DNA of 54,221 nt, the filler included, from Jimgerdemannia flammicorona (lineage: Eukaryota): NCBI GenBank assembly GCA_003990765.1. It is 2 parts of 2 records of this genome, joined end to end, with 100 filler letters (N's around TTAATTAATTAA, not from the genome) between each part and the next. Parts side by side here need not be neighbours in the genome. Positions count along the whole stretch, not along the records: positions 1 to 27,064 come from RBNJ01000666.1; 1 more part is not named here. The stretch is one strand, 5' to 3'. Below are positions 1 through 11,744 of the stretch, in pieces. The notes beneath the pieces were generated by a model. The model did not search any database, was not told the DNA's origin, and saw nothing but the letters and a program-made list of their open reading frames with translations. Position 1 is the first letter of the stretch. Each line of letters starts with the position of its first letter. The position numbers and the translations under genes are program-made.

Positions 1-69
1 TTTTTTTTTTTTTTTTTTTTTATAGTTACTTAGACTCTCTTATTTATTATTAAACTAATCTATACCTAT

Positions 70-536
70 TGTGATAGTATAGCCAGATTTGGAAGAAGGA
101 AATAGGGAACAGACACTTGATTGCACCCAGTCCCAAAGTAGTATAGCCACATAGTTAGTAGTCCTCAATTCCGCCATTTGCTAAATATTTCACAAAGTGC
201 GAGATCGAGCTTCTCAATTTAGTATAGCATTTCACAACTGGCGAAATATTTCACAAAGTGTTAAATGACTCATAACTTAGCCACATAACCCAGTAACCAT
301 CTCATAGCTAGCAAACTTATATAAATAACCCAGTATCTTTGAGTGAATAAACCTCAGATTGAAATAGTTCAAAGCAAAGAGATAGCAAAGGAACTAGTAA
401 GCCTGCAGGCAGATATACTTCAAACTCACCCACCCTCCCCTGCAACTTCAAGAGACTCTATAAGAGTCAGAACAGTCAAGTTTTCAAGATATAGAAATCC
501 GACATACTTTCAAGAGTAAGCATCTGCTACATTACA
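70..536 (+). repeat. 5' LTR of element 1
   Basis: TG...CA ends (TGTGATAG...ATTACA), direct repeat of 5109-5534, TATA-like TATATAAATA at ~318-327, and internal direct repeat AAATATTTCACAAAGTG at 183 and 244. Confidence 0.95.
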
Positions 537-539
537 ACT

Positions 540-556
540 TGGTACCCATTGACTGG
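540..556 (+). promoter_or_regulatory. Primer binding site of element 1 (tRNA not assignable)
   Basis: TGGTACCCATTGACTGG starts 3 nt after the LTR end. TGG is complementary to the tRNA CCA end. Confidence 0.7.
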
Positions 557-650
557 TAATTCAAGATGAATTCCTCGCTTTCAAGCTGAACAATAAACAA
601 GCACCACTACCCGAACAACCTTACAAACTGAGCCCCAATACCCAGACAAG

Positions 651-3437
651 ATGGATATGAGATCACCAGTATTCTATAGATATACCTCAGATGAATCAAT
701 CATCACCTTCATTGACAATTTTGAGCAGTATGCCACTGTAAGAACCCTGACAGCAGCACAGCAAGTAGCCCTCATGCCCTTCAGCCTATGAGGTCCTGCC
801 AGAGCAGCATTCACAGCTGCAACCCATACAGGAAATGATACTGATGCTATACTGACAGCACAGAAGACCTGGCTCTGAAATTCATATTATATAGTTGAGA
901 TCAAGCAAGCCCTGAAGGATCAGCTCAATACAACAAACCAAGGAATGAGTGAGGATCCAAACACATTCTATACCAGAATTCAATATCAGATAATCCTTGC
1001 AGATTATGCTGCTGCTATCCGAGACCAAGTAGCTGAAGCAACCTTCATGAAAGGAGTCCATCCAGAAATAGCCATGGCCATCCACTCATCACCAGTGATT
1101 CTGGATCTGCCACCGAAGGTCACCTATACTCAGCAATACTGGATAGCCAGACATCCACAAGACCATACAATGGAAAAGGTTACAGGAGTCAGAATTGAGG
1201 CACCTAAGTCAACCAGTGTGATCTCCACCACAATGATCAATCGAAACACACCTCAGCCCAAAGCTACAGAGCAGCAAAAGAACAGTGACCCTATGGAGGA
1301 ACTTGCCAAAAGGTTTGCCAAAATGACTGCCCACCTGGGAGATATGGTAAAGAAAATTCAAAGAAGAGACTGCCACTCTGTTCAGAAGTTTGATGCCACC
1401 TCAGACAAGAAGAAAGGTACCTGCTACAGCTGTGGAGAAGAAGGCCACTACTCCTATGAATGCATGAGTGAAACTAAGTGCAAGGCTCAACCAAGCAATG
1501 TCACACAAAACAAGAAGCAGGCCAATACAATCACCTTTGAAGAAATCGGAGAATCCAATGAAGAGGAATGGAAGGCCTATCCTGCTCAGACCATCCTCAT
1601 TGGCAATCAATGGCTTCACAAAGCCAAGGCAGTAATCAATCTCAATGCTCAGAAGATGCAGATCACCTACCAGGGACAGAAGATATGAATTCCCATCAAT
1701 GTCAACAAAGGAGTCCTGTCTGACATAGAGGAAGAAGAGAGCAAGCAAGAGGAAGCTTATATGGTGACTACTCCAAAGAAGAAGAAAGTTGGATAGATAA
1801 GTAAAGAAGAATAGTACAAGAAGATCACAGAAGGTTATGCCCCACAAGGAGTCTGTACTCATGGGATCAAGATGTACTGTATGGAGTATATCAATGATTG
1901 CTACCAGTGTACTATCGGAATCAAGAAGATCCACCAGGAAAGAAGGCAGAAAGCTCTTGAAAAACAGATCAGGGAAGAAGAGAAGGAGGAAGATGAGGAA
2001 CCACCAGCCCTCCTAGAGAATAGTGATAATGAAGAAGAAATCAAGGTCAAGATTCAAAAGATTCACCCTGATGCAGTCTTGCCAGAATACAAGTCAGAAA
2101 ATGCAGCCAGAATGGATATCGCTACAGTAGAAGAGACTATACTGGAACCCCAGACAACCACCCTACTTGCAACTGGACTGGAGATGACCATCCCAAAGGA
2201 TCATATTGGGATTCTCAAGACAAGAAGCAGCCTGGCCAGAAGCAAAATTACTATCGAAGGAGGAGTCATCGATTTAGACTAGCCTGGAGAATTTGCCCCA
2301 AGACTCTATGTTGACTACAGAAAGCTCAACATGGTTACCAAAAAGGATCACCAACCACTGCCTCTCATCAATGACATCCTCATAATACTAGGAGATGAAG
2401 CACAGTACTATAGCACTTTGAACTTATACTCAGGATTCTACCAAATTGGACTCACAGACATAGCAAGTGAAAAGTCAGCTTTCATCACCCCAGATAGAAC
2501 CTACATCTACCTATGAATGCCATTTGGAATGTACAATGCACCAGCAAGTTTCTAGCAAATGATGAACAAAATCTTCCACTATGATATGGGAAGATGGATG
2601 ATGGTCTATGTTGATGATATAATCATCTACAGCCAGACACCAGAAGAACACCTGCAGCATATCTGGTAGATAATGGAAAGACTGAGAAAGCATGGCCTAT
2701 ACATCAAGCCCAAAAAATGCAAATTTGCAGAAATTGAGATCTCCTATCTTGGCCACATCATCAACTGAGAAGGAACACACACGGACCCCCTCAAGATACA
2801 AGCAGTAGTAGCATACCCAAGACCCACCACTGTTACAGAAGCCCAAGCCTTCATGGGACTTGCCTCCTACTATCACAGAGTTATTAGAGGATTTTCTAAT
2901 ATTGTGGGACCAATCTACAAACTTAACAAGAAGGATACCAAGTTCCAGTGGACTGGCAGACAACAAAAAGCATTCAATGAACTCAAGGTCAGACTGACCC
3001 AGGCACCCATCTTCAGAAGACCTTACTGGACTCAAGAATTCATCCTACAGACTGATGCAAGTGCACAAGGACTAGGAGCAGTCCTAGCTCAAAAGAAAGA
3101 CAAAGTGGAGTATATCATTGCATACCTCAGCCATGGAACCTGAGGAGCTGAAAAAGAATATGAATCCTACAAATTGGAATGTCTTGCAGTTATCTGAGCC
3201 ATAGAAAAGTTCCACTACTACTTGGCTGGGAGACACTTCACCATCCAAATAGACCACTCAGCTCTCACCTGGCTACTGACAACTGGATAACCCAAAGGGA
3301 TCTATGCCAGATGGATAATGAAGTTGCAACCTTATGATGTAACCATTGTACACCACTCTGGAAGAACCAATGCCAATGCAGATGCCCTCTCACAGATATC
3401 CCAAACTACCTCCAACCAACAAATCAACAATGAATAA
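651..3437 (+). pseudogene. gag-pol: gag-pol (Gag, CCHC knuckle, partial protease, Cys/His module, partial dUTPase, RT, RNase H) in one frame with in-frame stops
   Basis: CYSCGEEGHYSYEC knuckle; ILIGNQWL protease C-terminus; RLYVDYRKLN, MPFG and YVDDI RT motifs; LQTDAS and NANADALS RNase H motifs. All lie in the same frame. Confidence 0.9.
2040..2292 (+). pseudogene. dut: dUTPase domain of element 1 (motifs 1-3; C-terminus deleted)
   Basis: KIHPDAVLPEYKSENAARMDI...TGLEMTIP...KTRSSLA...GGVID. Confidence 0.9.
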
Positions 3438-4620
3438 GGAGCTCTACTATGGAATCATCACATACCTGGGACAGCAAAAGATACCCCAACATCTGGAAGA
3501 ATGGACACAAATGATTATCAACAGAACATAGAAATAATTCAAAACTGATGGAGAAACACTGAAGAAAGGAAAACTACTAGTCATACCAGAATACAAGAAG
3601 GAGCAAGCGATGAAATCAGTACACAAACTTGACCATCTAGGAGGAACAAATATATATGACAAGGCAAGAAGAACAATATAGTGGCCAGGGATGGAGGAAG
3701 ATATCAGAAAATTCATCAAGACCTGCAACAAATGTCAGAAACAGAAACAAGACCAACAAAATCAAGCCCCAGGATCAGCACACATAGAACCAGTACCATT
3801 TGACATTGTAATGGATGTAATTGGCCCTCTACTCTTGACTTTGACTGGCAACCGATACATCATCATCATCATAGACCTTTTTACAAAATGGATAGAAGCA
3901 GGACTTCTTATGGAAGCAAATACACAGTCAATCGCCAATTTCTTTCACAAAGAAATCATCTGTCAGTTCAAGACCCCAACACAAGTAACTACAGATAGAG
4001 AAACAGAATTTGTGAACCAGTTCTTTGAAGTTCTCTACAAGAAGTACAAGATCCAGCATATTCAGACCACAGTATATCACCCTCAAGGAAATGGACAAGT
4101 AGAAAGGACCAACAAAACCCTCAAGAATGTTATTGCCAAGATCTGCGATAACTATGAGAACTGGAATCACTATCTGCCAATAGCATTATCTACTCTTCAG
4201 GATATCTGATCACAAAGTACCCACTTTACCACTCGAGAAATACTGTTTGGAGAAGAATGTTCTCAGGGAACCCTATCATCCAATGGAGATGCTGTATGGA
4301 AACATGTGGACTTGGAAATACAGAGACTACACCAAATCAGGAAGATGGCTGAGGATTACATAACCAAGGTGCAGACACTACAATGGAGGAATGTGGAAAA
4401 GACCTATAAACTCTTGGAGATTATCAAGATAAGAGACAAAGTCCTAGTGTATCGGAATATGGTAGAAGCTTCATGGTCATGAAAACTTGAGCCCAAGTGG
4501 GAAGGGCCTTATCTGGTGCAAGATATAAAAGGGACCACCTTTTGGCTACGAAAACCCTTAGGCACAATAATCCCCACCAATATTCACCGAAACTGACTCA
4601 AGAAATATCATGGCCAGTAA
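3430..4620 (+). pseudogene. Integrase of element 1, in its own reading frame
   Basis: HHCC zinc domain (H..DHLG...CNKC), MDVIGP, TDRETEF, HPQGNGQVERTN and WEGPY motifs. ATG at 3430 overlaps the RNase H stop at 3435-3437. Confidence 0.9.
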
Positions 4621-5100
4621 CAAAAGTACTATAATAGCACTCAAGATCACTAGTGCTGCCCAAAGAGCCATTGAGAGACAACGGTGCACCACCAAGCCTC
4701 CGACCATAGAGGAGTCTTATGACAGTATCCAAAGCATTATACAGACTCATCTCTCTTGGATCTCACACTTCAAGGCCTATCAGCATCAAAACGAATTCCA
4801 AGAGTACTTCAAACTTGGCCAAGTACTCAACCAAGACCCAGAAATGACTAAAGAAAATTGGATTGCAGAATGCCACCTCTCCTATTCCCAGATCACCATT
4901 GCTAAGAGAATCTACAAGCTATTCTGAGAGGATGAACCAGCACTAGCCCACCTGCGAGAAGTGACTCCCTCAGACTTCGATCAAGTTAGGCAATACCATT
5001 GGGAAATAGTAATGCAACAAATCGCACAATACAAGACCATATAGACCATTGAAGCTTAGGAGTTTGAATAGATACTTCAGGGATGAGATTATCTATTCAG
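4610..5100 (+). pseudogene. Extra 3' ORF3 of element 1, unknown function
   Basis: ATG at 4610 overlaps the integrase stop. The ORF reads on through TGA/TAG stops likely derived from deamination and aligns with ORF3 at 48469. Confidence 0.7.
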
Positions 5101-5108
5101 GAGGAAGT

Positions 5109-5534
5109 TGTGATGGTATAGCCAGATTTGGAAGAAGAAAATAGAGAACAGACACTTGATCGCACCCAGTCCCAAAGTAGTATAGCTACATAGTTAGCAT
5201 CCTTGATTCTGCTATTTGCTAAATATTTCACAAAGTGCAAGATCGAGCTTCTTGATTTAGTATAGCATTTTGCAACTGGTGAAATATTTCACAAAGTGTT
5301 AAATGACTCATAACTTAGCCACAAAACCCAGTATCTTCAAGTGAATAAACCTCAGATTGAAATAGTTCAAAGCAAAGAGATAGCAAAGGAACTAGTAAAC
5401 CTGCAGGCAGATACACTTTGAACTCACCCACCCTCCCCTGCAACTTCAAGAGACTCTGCGAGAGTTAGAACAGTCAAGTTTTCAAGATACAGAAATCTGA
5501 CATACTTTCAAGAGTAAGCATCCACTACGTTATA
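5109..5534 (+). repeat. 3' LTR of element 1
   Basis: Direct repeat of 70-536 with transition differences and a 40-bp deletion. The terminal CA has become TA. Confidence 0.95.
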
Positions 5535-8500
5535 CTATATAATATAAGAGTGAGGCCTGACCCCCTACCCAACTCCCTCATAGAACTCACTTCTAACTCC
5601 TTCTCTACAGAACTCATTTACTCCCCCAATTATCTAAATCCTCCACTTATTCTTTATATAGATCTACTCTGGTATAAACCCCCTCTGGAGCTCTATCCAG
5701 CCTATCACTCATTCAATAATTCCACTAGTAACTACTCCCATCTTATCACATCTCCTAATCATCCTCAAAGATAAACAGCTAATGTCCAGAAAGACTGATC
5801 TATATCATAAGGGCCCAATCTACAGAAAGCTACTTGTTATCAACCTTCTCTATGAGATATAACTAAAGGGCACCCTACTACTCCATCCACTCTATCTAAT
5901 TACTATATCTCTAGCTAGCCCTCAATAGTTAGTCAGAAGTCTGATAGTACCTAATACTCTCTTAGTCAATATTCTGAAGTCTGTATTACTCTACTCTTCT
6001 TTCCAATCTTGTCAGCTCTCAGGCCACAGGTCTCCACTCTGCTCTTACTGATACTCTATACTATCTTTTAGCCAAAAGTCAATCACTGGAGAACTCTTCA
6101 ACAGAAGACAATTCCAATATCATATCCTTAGTCTCCAGGCTATCTCTCACTTATATCTATATTAGCAGATTTCAATCTGATGAGCTCTATTTACCACCTC
6201 CTATTAGAAGTCCTTATACTATATTTGATGACTTCTCTCTTATATTATAAAGAATAGTAAGTCACTAGAGATTCTCCTAGAGGACAATTATACCTTCTAG
6301 ATAATCTGTATATGAGGTATCCAGCTTTAGTCCCTCAGCTCTCTGGTCTATTTTAACCACTATACTCTCAAATAATACTAATACTTCATAAAGTCAACTA
6401 GGCTAAGTTTCCCCCAACCCACTGATAGTATCAATATATCTCAGCCTATCTGACTATACTACTCAGCCTAAATCTGAGATCTAGTCAACTTCAGAAGCCT
6501 CTTTACTATCTATGTAGAGAAGTCTAAGTGATATTTCAAATACTATAACTTAGACAACTAGTATATATTTATTACTATAATCCTCTTTACTAATAATATA
6601 CTGCAGCCACCTCAGTCCAGGAAAGCATTCTCTCACTCTATCAGCTTCCACTCTTACTATACTCTGGACAATATGAGCTATATACTGAGAATTAAATTCT
6701 CAGATATCAGACCACCTTTTCTGTTGGAACAATTGTTTCAATCATACCTCCTCTCACTATCTCACTACTAAGCACCAATGTCTCATACTTGTATTAGTTG
6801 AATTTGGCTCCAAAGTACTTCTCATACTACTCCATTACTCTCTTCAGTATAGTACTGCATTCTCTACATAGTCCAGCCCAACTACTATATCATTTGCAAA
6901 GACCCCCAACTTCCAATTTATCTCTAGCACTATTAACCCCCCTACTCTGTATTTTATTCAGTCCAGCAAGGGTTCCAAAGAGAGGACATAAAGGATAGAT
7001 GACAGTGGGTCACTCTGTGGCACCCTTCTATCCAAAGAGAAAGATATCTCCTAGTGGCTATTGACTGATATATATAGCTGCCCTACTTCCCTCCAATATA
7101 CTATCTAAGAAATACCAAAAGTCTAAAGAGATGCTAATATATTTCAGCACTCTATTCAACCCTACCCTCTGCACTCTGTTATATACCTTCTTCTGGTTGA
7201 GAAAAACCAGTCATTTATCTATCCTAGCTACTCTGGTCTCTTCAATAATGCCATAGACCCAGACAGTTCTGTCTCAAATTAAATAGCCTCCAATAAAGCT
7301 CTGCTGCTCCTCACTTAGTACTCTCTGAACCATACCTTGTAGTCATACTATAATGACCTTTATGACCAGCTTTCAATCTATTAATTGAATATTAGTTCTT
7401 TCACTTCTCTCTTCTCTATTTATCCTTAAACAGCAGAGCCATCAGTCTTAGACACTGGCCTCCTAGCCATACTCCAGAATCAATAATCTCATTATACATT
7501 AGCTATAGTTCCTCTAAGATTACCTCTACTTCTGCCATTTGTTTCCAAAAGTCCCAGAGTAGTCTATTCTCTCCCAGAGCTACTATAAGACTGATCTATA
7601 CCAAGACCTTGAGAATCATCTATCTTGGATCAGATTCCTCAGCTCTGCCAACTCCTCTACTAAGACTGTCCTCCAGATAGTACTTAATTGTTTGTGTATT
7701 CTTACCTCCCTTCTTCTTACTCTACAATGACCCCCTACCTCTCACTCAGCTGGTCCAAGATAGTTTAAGTCTCTACCATTATCTCTCTCTCCTCATCCAA
7801 TACTCTATTCCAGTGCTGATATACTCTTCTCATCTAAAGAAGCCTCAACAGAAATCTTTTCAGTCTCTCTTCTTTCTTCAGATCCTACCACTATAGTCTG
7901 ACTATACTTATATACTCTCCTCAGCTTAAAATATATATTGCAGCTACTCTATCTCTAATCAGATATGCTGAATCCTTCAATTCTCTACTCTCTCAGTATC
8001 CTGCAGATCAGTCAATCCCTTCAAGAGCTTATCCAACCTCTATGAGACCCATTATATCCTCTCTCTCTTCTAAGCACTCTTCATTCTCTCTGTCTTCTTT
8101 CAGAAATGCTGAACATCAGACTTCAGACTCTGTTATCAGTCACTAATAGCAAGACCTTTCTCTCTCTAAGTGAGCACCTTGGGCCCAATATCTGCTACCC
8201 AAGTCTCTATTGAAGATTTGAAAGAAAAAAGCAACAGTAAAAATTATAGTAATCTTGATCTATATCTAACCAAGATCATCTCTAGGAAAATAGTCTACCC
8301 AGCTAAAAAAAAGAAGAGACCAGTAGAAAGGTTATCTAGAAAAATAGATAAAGAAGAATAGGTCAAAATACCTCTCAGCTCTCTCTCACTCTTTGTATCT
8401 AAAACAAAAGAACTACTAATATAGATTAATAAAATTGAATAAAAACAAAAGTGTAGTATCTCAAAGCTCAAAAATAAGTATATTCTAAGAACTGTGCCCA

Positions 8501-10329
8501 GATATATCTATAATGAAGCCTGGCAAAAAAAATTCAAGAAGCTAAGATAGAAGTCTCTCTCCTATAGTTCCTATAACTAATATCTGCTAGAGTTCAAAAT
8601 AAACTATTGATAATCACCAGATTCAGCACTAGCTGAGTCCCAATCTCACAATAAGAATTAGTACCAATTATTATACAAACTGCAGAAAGATATATAGGTA
8701 CATATTTATATATAGATATTGAAGAACAAAAGACAAAAATCCTCATTAATATAGAAGTAACTATCTGTATTATTGCTAAATAATACCTAGATACCCTCCA
8801 GTAGCTCATTGATAGACTATTCAACCTCAGTATCATAGTAACAGATGGCACCTAAACTCAACCTCTTAGAGAAGTATAAAATATCACAATCTCTCTTGGA
8901 CACATTCAGTTCTCTATTCCAAAAGCTGTTGTCATCAAAGCTGTCACCTATCATATGATTCTTAGCATCAACTAGATAAAGGAAATAAATGCAGTTATTA
9001 ATATTGGCTAATAGGTGCTCAAATTCGGCTATAGAGGAAATAAGTACATAATCAAAGTGATCATATATGAGTAATTAAAAAAGAAGAAGAAGGTTATTAT
9101 CCAGAAAGAGTGTGCCAGCAGCAAAGAATCTACTACTGAGGAAGAAGAAGAATCTGAAGATAGAAATGACCCAGACTCAATCCACAAACTAATCTGGTAA
9201 ATGAATGATCAAAAGGCAATGTATGGGCAAAAATCACCATCCCAATTATAATTGGAGCCATTACAGAATATGTCAGAGGATATCTCATATATTTTAAGAA
9301 ATACAAGTACTCTAAACACTCCTCTGAGATCATTGGAAGAAGGAATTTGTCTGGCATAGCCTGCTCTGAAAGTAGAAAAAGAAAGAAGAAACATAATCAC
9401 TCTCCAAAGTTACCTATAATTGAAGCTACTAAAGTATAAGCCATCTGGGGTTAAGAAATATCTGATGAAGAAACCCCTGAACAAGAAGTTTCTGAACAGG
9501 AGGAACTTTCTGAACTTATTTCCAGAAATGATCTCTACTATATACTACCAGAAGATAATAATCCCTAAAATATTTAAGAAGGACCAAGTATAGTTACCAT
9601 TGTTCCAAGATAAGAAACATACCAGAAAAGAGCCTTTTAGCTAGAAAGATACCAGCATCAGATAGTCTTTCACTCTTTCAGAGACTACTGTTATCAGTGC
9701 TATATACTAGATCAGTAATAGAGATATTTCAGACCAGAATCTCTGATCATAATCATACAGATAATTACTTTTCAAAAAACTACTACAATATTGAGAAGAT
9801 GAGCCTATAGATAAGATCACTTTATCTAAACTGAAGTATATCTCCTAGCCACCCTCTTCTTAACTTATAATAAGAATAGATACTAATTTCCAATATAGCA
9901 AAAAGTCAATAACTGAGAGCTATATCTTTGAATAATGGAATTTGTAGTTATGGAAAACACCCAGACTGCTAAGACTGATAATATCAGAGGATTCCACTCT
10001 GTTAAGATATTAAGCACATATATTCAAGAGAGATGATTACAGAGCTGAGATCTGAAAAAAGTAGGCCAAAAAACTAAAGAAGAAGACCCTCAAGATTCAT
10101 AATCTAGGAATTGACATCCTAGATCTCATTATATATAAAACTCATCAAGAATAAATTGAAGATACTGTCAGCATCATAAAAGCCCCAGATCTTATAGGAA
10201 AAAGAATAATTAATTACCTCTGAGACTCCTTTACTGGAGCCAGATGGCAACACCTCAACCTTAAAGTATAGAGACTTATATTCACTGGAGCTTTAGCTTA
10301 AGAATAATCTAAACTCAGCAAAGATATTA

Positions 10330-10735
10330 TCCAGTATATCTTATTATATCCCAAGGCCAAACTCCCAACAAAAGCTCATCAGGAAGATATAGGACATGAC
10401 CTTCACTACCTCAGAGATGAATCTATTAAGTCTGAAAGAACAATAGTACTTAGTACAGAACTAGCTATACAACCATCCAAAGGAACTTATATCCAACTGA
10501 TCTCAAGGTCTGAACTCACTAGATAAGTAATAACTGTAGAAGGAGTGACAATAAACCCTAGATACATAACCAAAATCATTGTCATCCCGAACAATAGCAG
10601 TATAGAATAGAACTATATGTATCTACAAAGGATAAAAGATTGTCCAAGTATCTTAATGAAGGTTAAGACTCCACAACTACAAGAAATCCCTAAACTGACT
10701 CAAGGCACAAGACAAACTAAAGAATTTGGAAGCTC
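10330..10735 (+). pseudogene. dut: dUTPase domain of relic G
   Basis: PKAKLPTKAHQEDIGHDL, TELAIQPSKGTYIQLISRS, VEGVTINPRY and TRQTKEFGS correspond to decayed motifs 1, 2, 3 and 5. Confidence 0.8.
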
Positions 10736-10799
10736 AGATAAGAAAGCAGTGCACCTCCTCCAGGTCAACCACTTCAAGAAGGGTGCTCCCCAACAAGTA

Positions 10800-11404
10800 T
10801 ACTGCCAACCAGTCAGGCTATACAAGAACCTCACTTTTGATACAACTTCATGCAAACAAAGCCAGTCTCTGACGTAACTTTGCCCAAGAAGCCCGCCGTT
10901 TCCAAGAAACCCGCCGATTCAGGAGAATCCACACCAAAACCGAGTTATCCACCAACCTGCTGCTTAATACGGAATGCCGCCGAATCGTTTGTCTCCAGAA
11001 GGAAACTGCTAAATTACCAGATCGTCCCACATAAGGAATCCACTTGTGCTACACAAGACCGTCATACCAGAAATCACATACTTTTGAAGATCATTGCGCT
11101 ACACAGAGATCATCGCGCTATACAAGAAATCGTCATACAGAAATTGCCTACTTTTGGAGATCGTGGCACTACACATAAAACATCTGTATTATCCAAATTG
11201 CCACTACACCCAGAACTGTCCCAATAAGGAATCTGCCAGAATTGACTGCTTTATCTATATTTGATTATTATACTGTTAAACTCCAACAAGGACACCAGAA
11301 ACTATTGAATATTTTATTGCTTTTTGTCAAGTAACTTGGGGCTTAAGCCAAACTACATCAACCCTCAATCTTATAATTTGCCTCTATTGAGCCAGTACAT
11401 TATA
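10800..11404 (+). repeat. Partial LTR of the G/H family with a CpG-rich core
   Basis: Shares CCAGAAACTATTGAA, GGCTTAAGCCAA and CTCTATTGAG...TACATTAT with 13474-13587. Confidence 0.75.
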
Positions 11405-11697
11405 CTATATATATCTTCTATATATATATATCTTAACTATTATCTTCATATATATCTGGGTTACACTATTTTAAGAGTATTTTTTCTTCTGAGAGTAAGA
11501 CTTCAACATAGCTAATAATGTTTTAGTAAATGACCACTTTATCCTTAGTATATTAATTAAAGAAAACTATACCTATATTGGTATAGTGATATTTTATTTA
11601 TAGATTATATAGAGTCTTTCTATAGTAGTGACATATTTTTGTAACAGTTCAACAACTATAACTATATAAAATACCCTAGTGACAAGAGTGAATAAAT

Positions 11698-11700
<3 letters not shown>

Positions 11701-11744
<44 letters not shown>

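Larger units (their letters stand above)
70..5534 (+). mobile_element. Ty3/gypsy LTR retrotransposon, element 1, internally deleted and non-functional
   Basis: Paired LTRs, 4-bp TSD CTAT (66-69 and 5535-5538), PBS-like TGGTACCC at 540, purine tract at 5099-5107, and domain order gag-PR-dUTPase-RT-RH-INT. Confidence 0.95.
1..8195 (-). mobile_element. LINE F: 5'-truncated, heavily deaminated L1/Tx1-like non-LTR retrotransposon (1-69 plus 5535-~8195), interrupted by Ty3 element 1
   Basis: Poly-T at 1-21 is the poly-A tail. The 3' end matches the LINE B 3' end (GAGTCtAAGTaACTATAAA vs GAGTCCAAGTGACTATAAA). Minus-strand RT remnants: VFLNQKKVYNRV (~7180-7210, cf. LDQEKAYDRV), VPQSDPLSSILYVLSLEP (~6970-7030), FANDIV (~6881-6900). 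The 5' boundary is approximate. Confidence 0.85.
8200..11404 (+). mobile_element. Ty3/gypsy relic G (gag end, protease, Cys/His module, dUTPase, then partial 3' LTR; RT-INT absent)
   Basis: 8200-8400 is homologous to 15121-15350. Decayed protease KILINIEVTICII and MILSIN*IKEINAVI (~8740-9050). dUTPase at 10330-10735. LTR piece 10800-11404 is homologous to 13125-13587. Confidence 0.75.

Noticed and set aside
4610..4927. ORF3 as an env gene
   Set aside because: No signal peptide, transmembrane helix or furin site, and too short.
10850..11227. 125-aa ORF as a host gene
   Set aside because: Lies in sequence colinear with an LTR and is open mainly because deamination-derived stops are absent. 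No motif.
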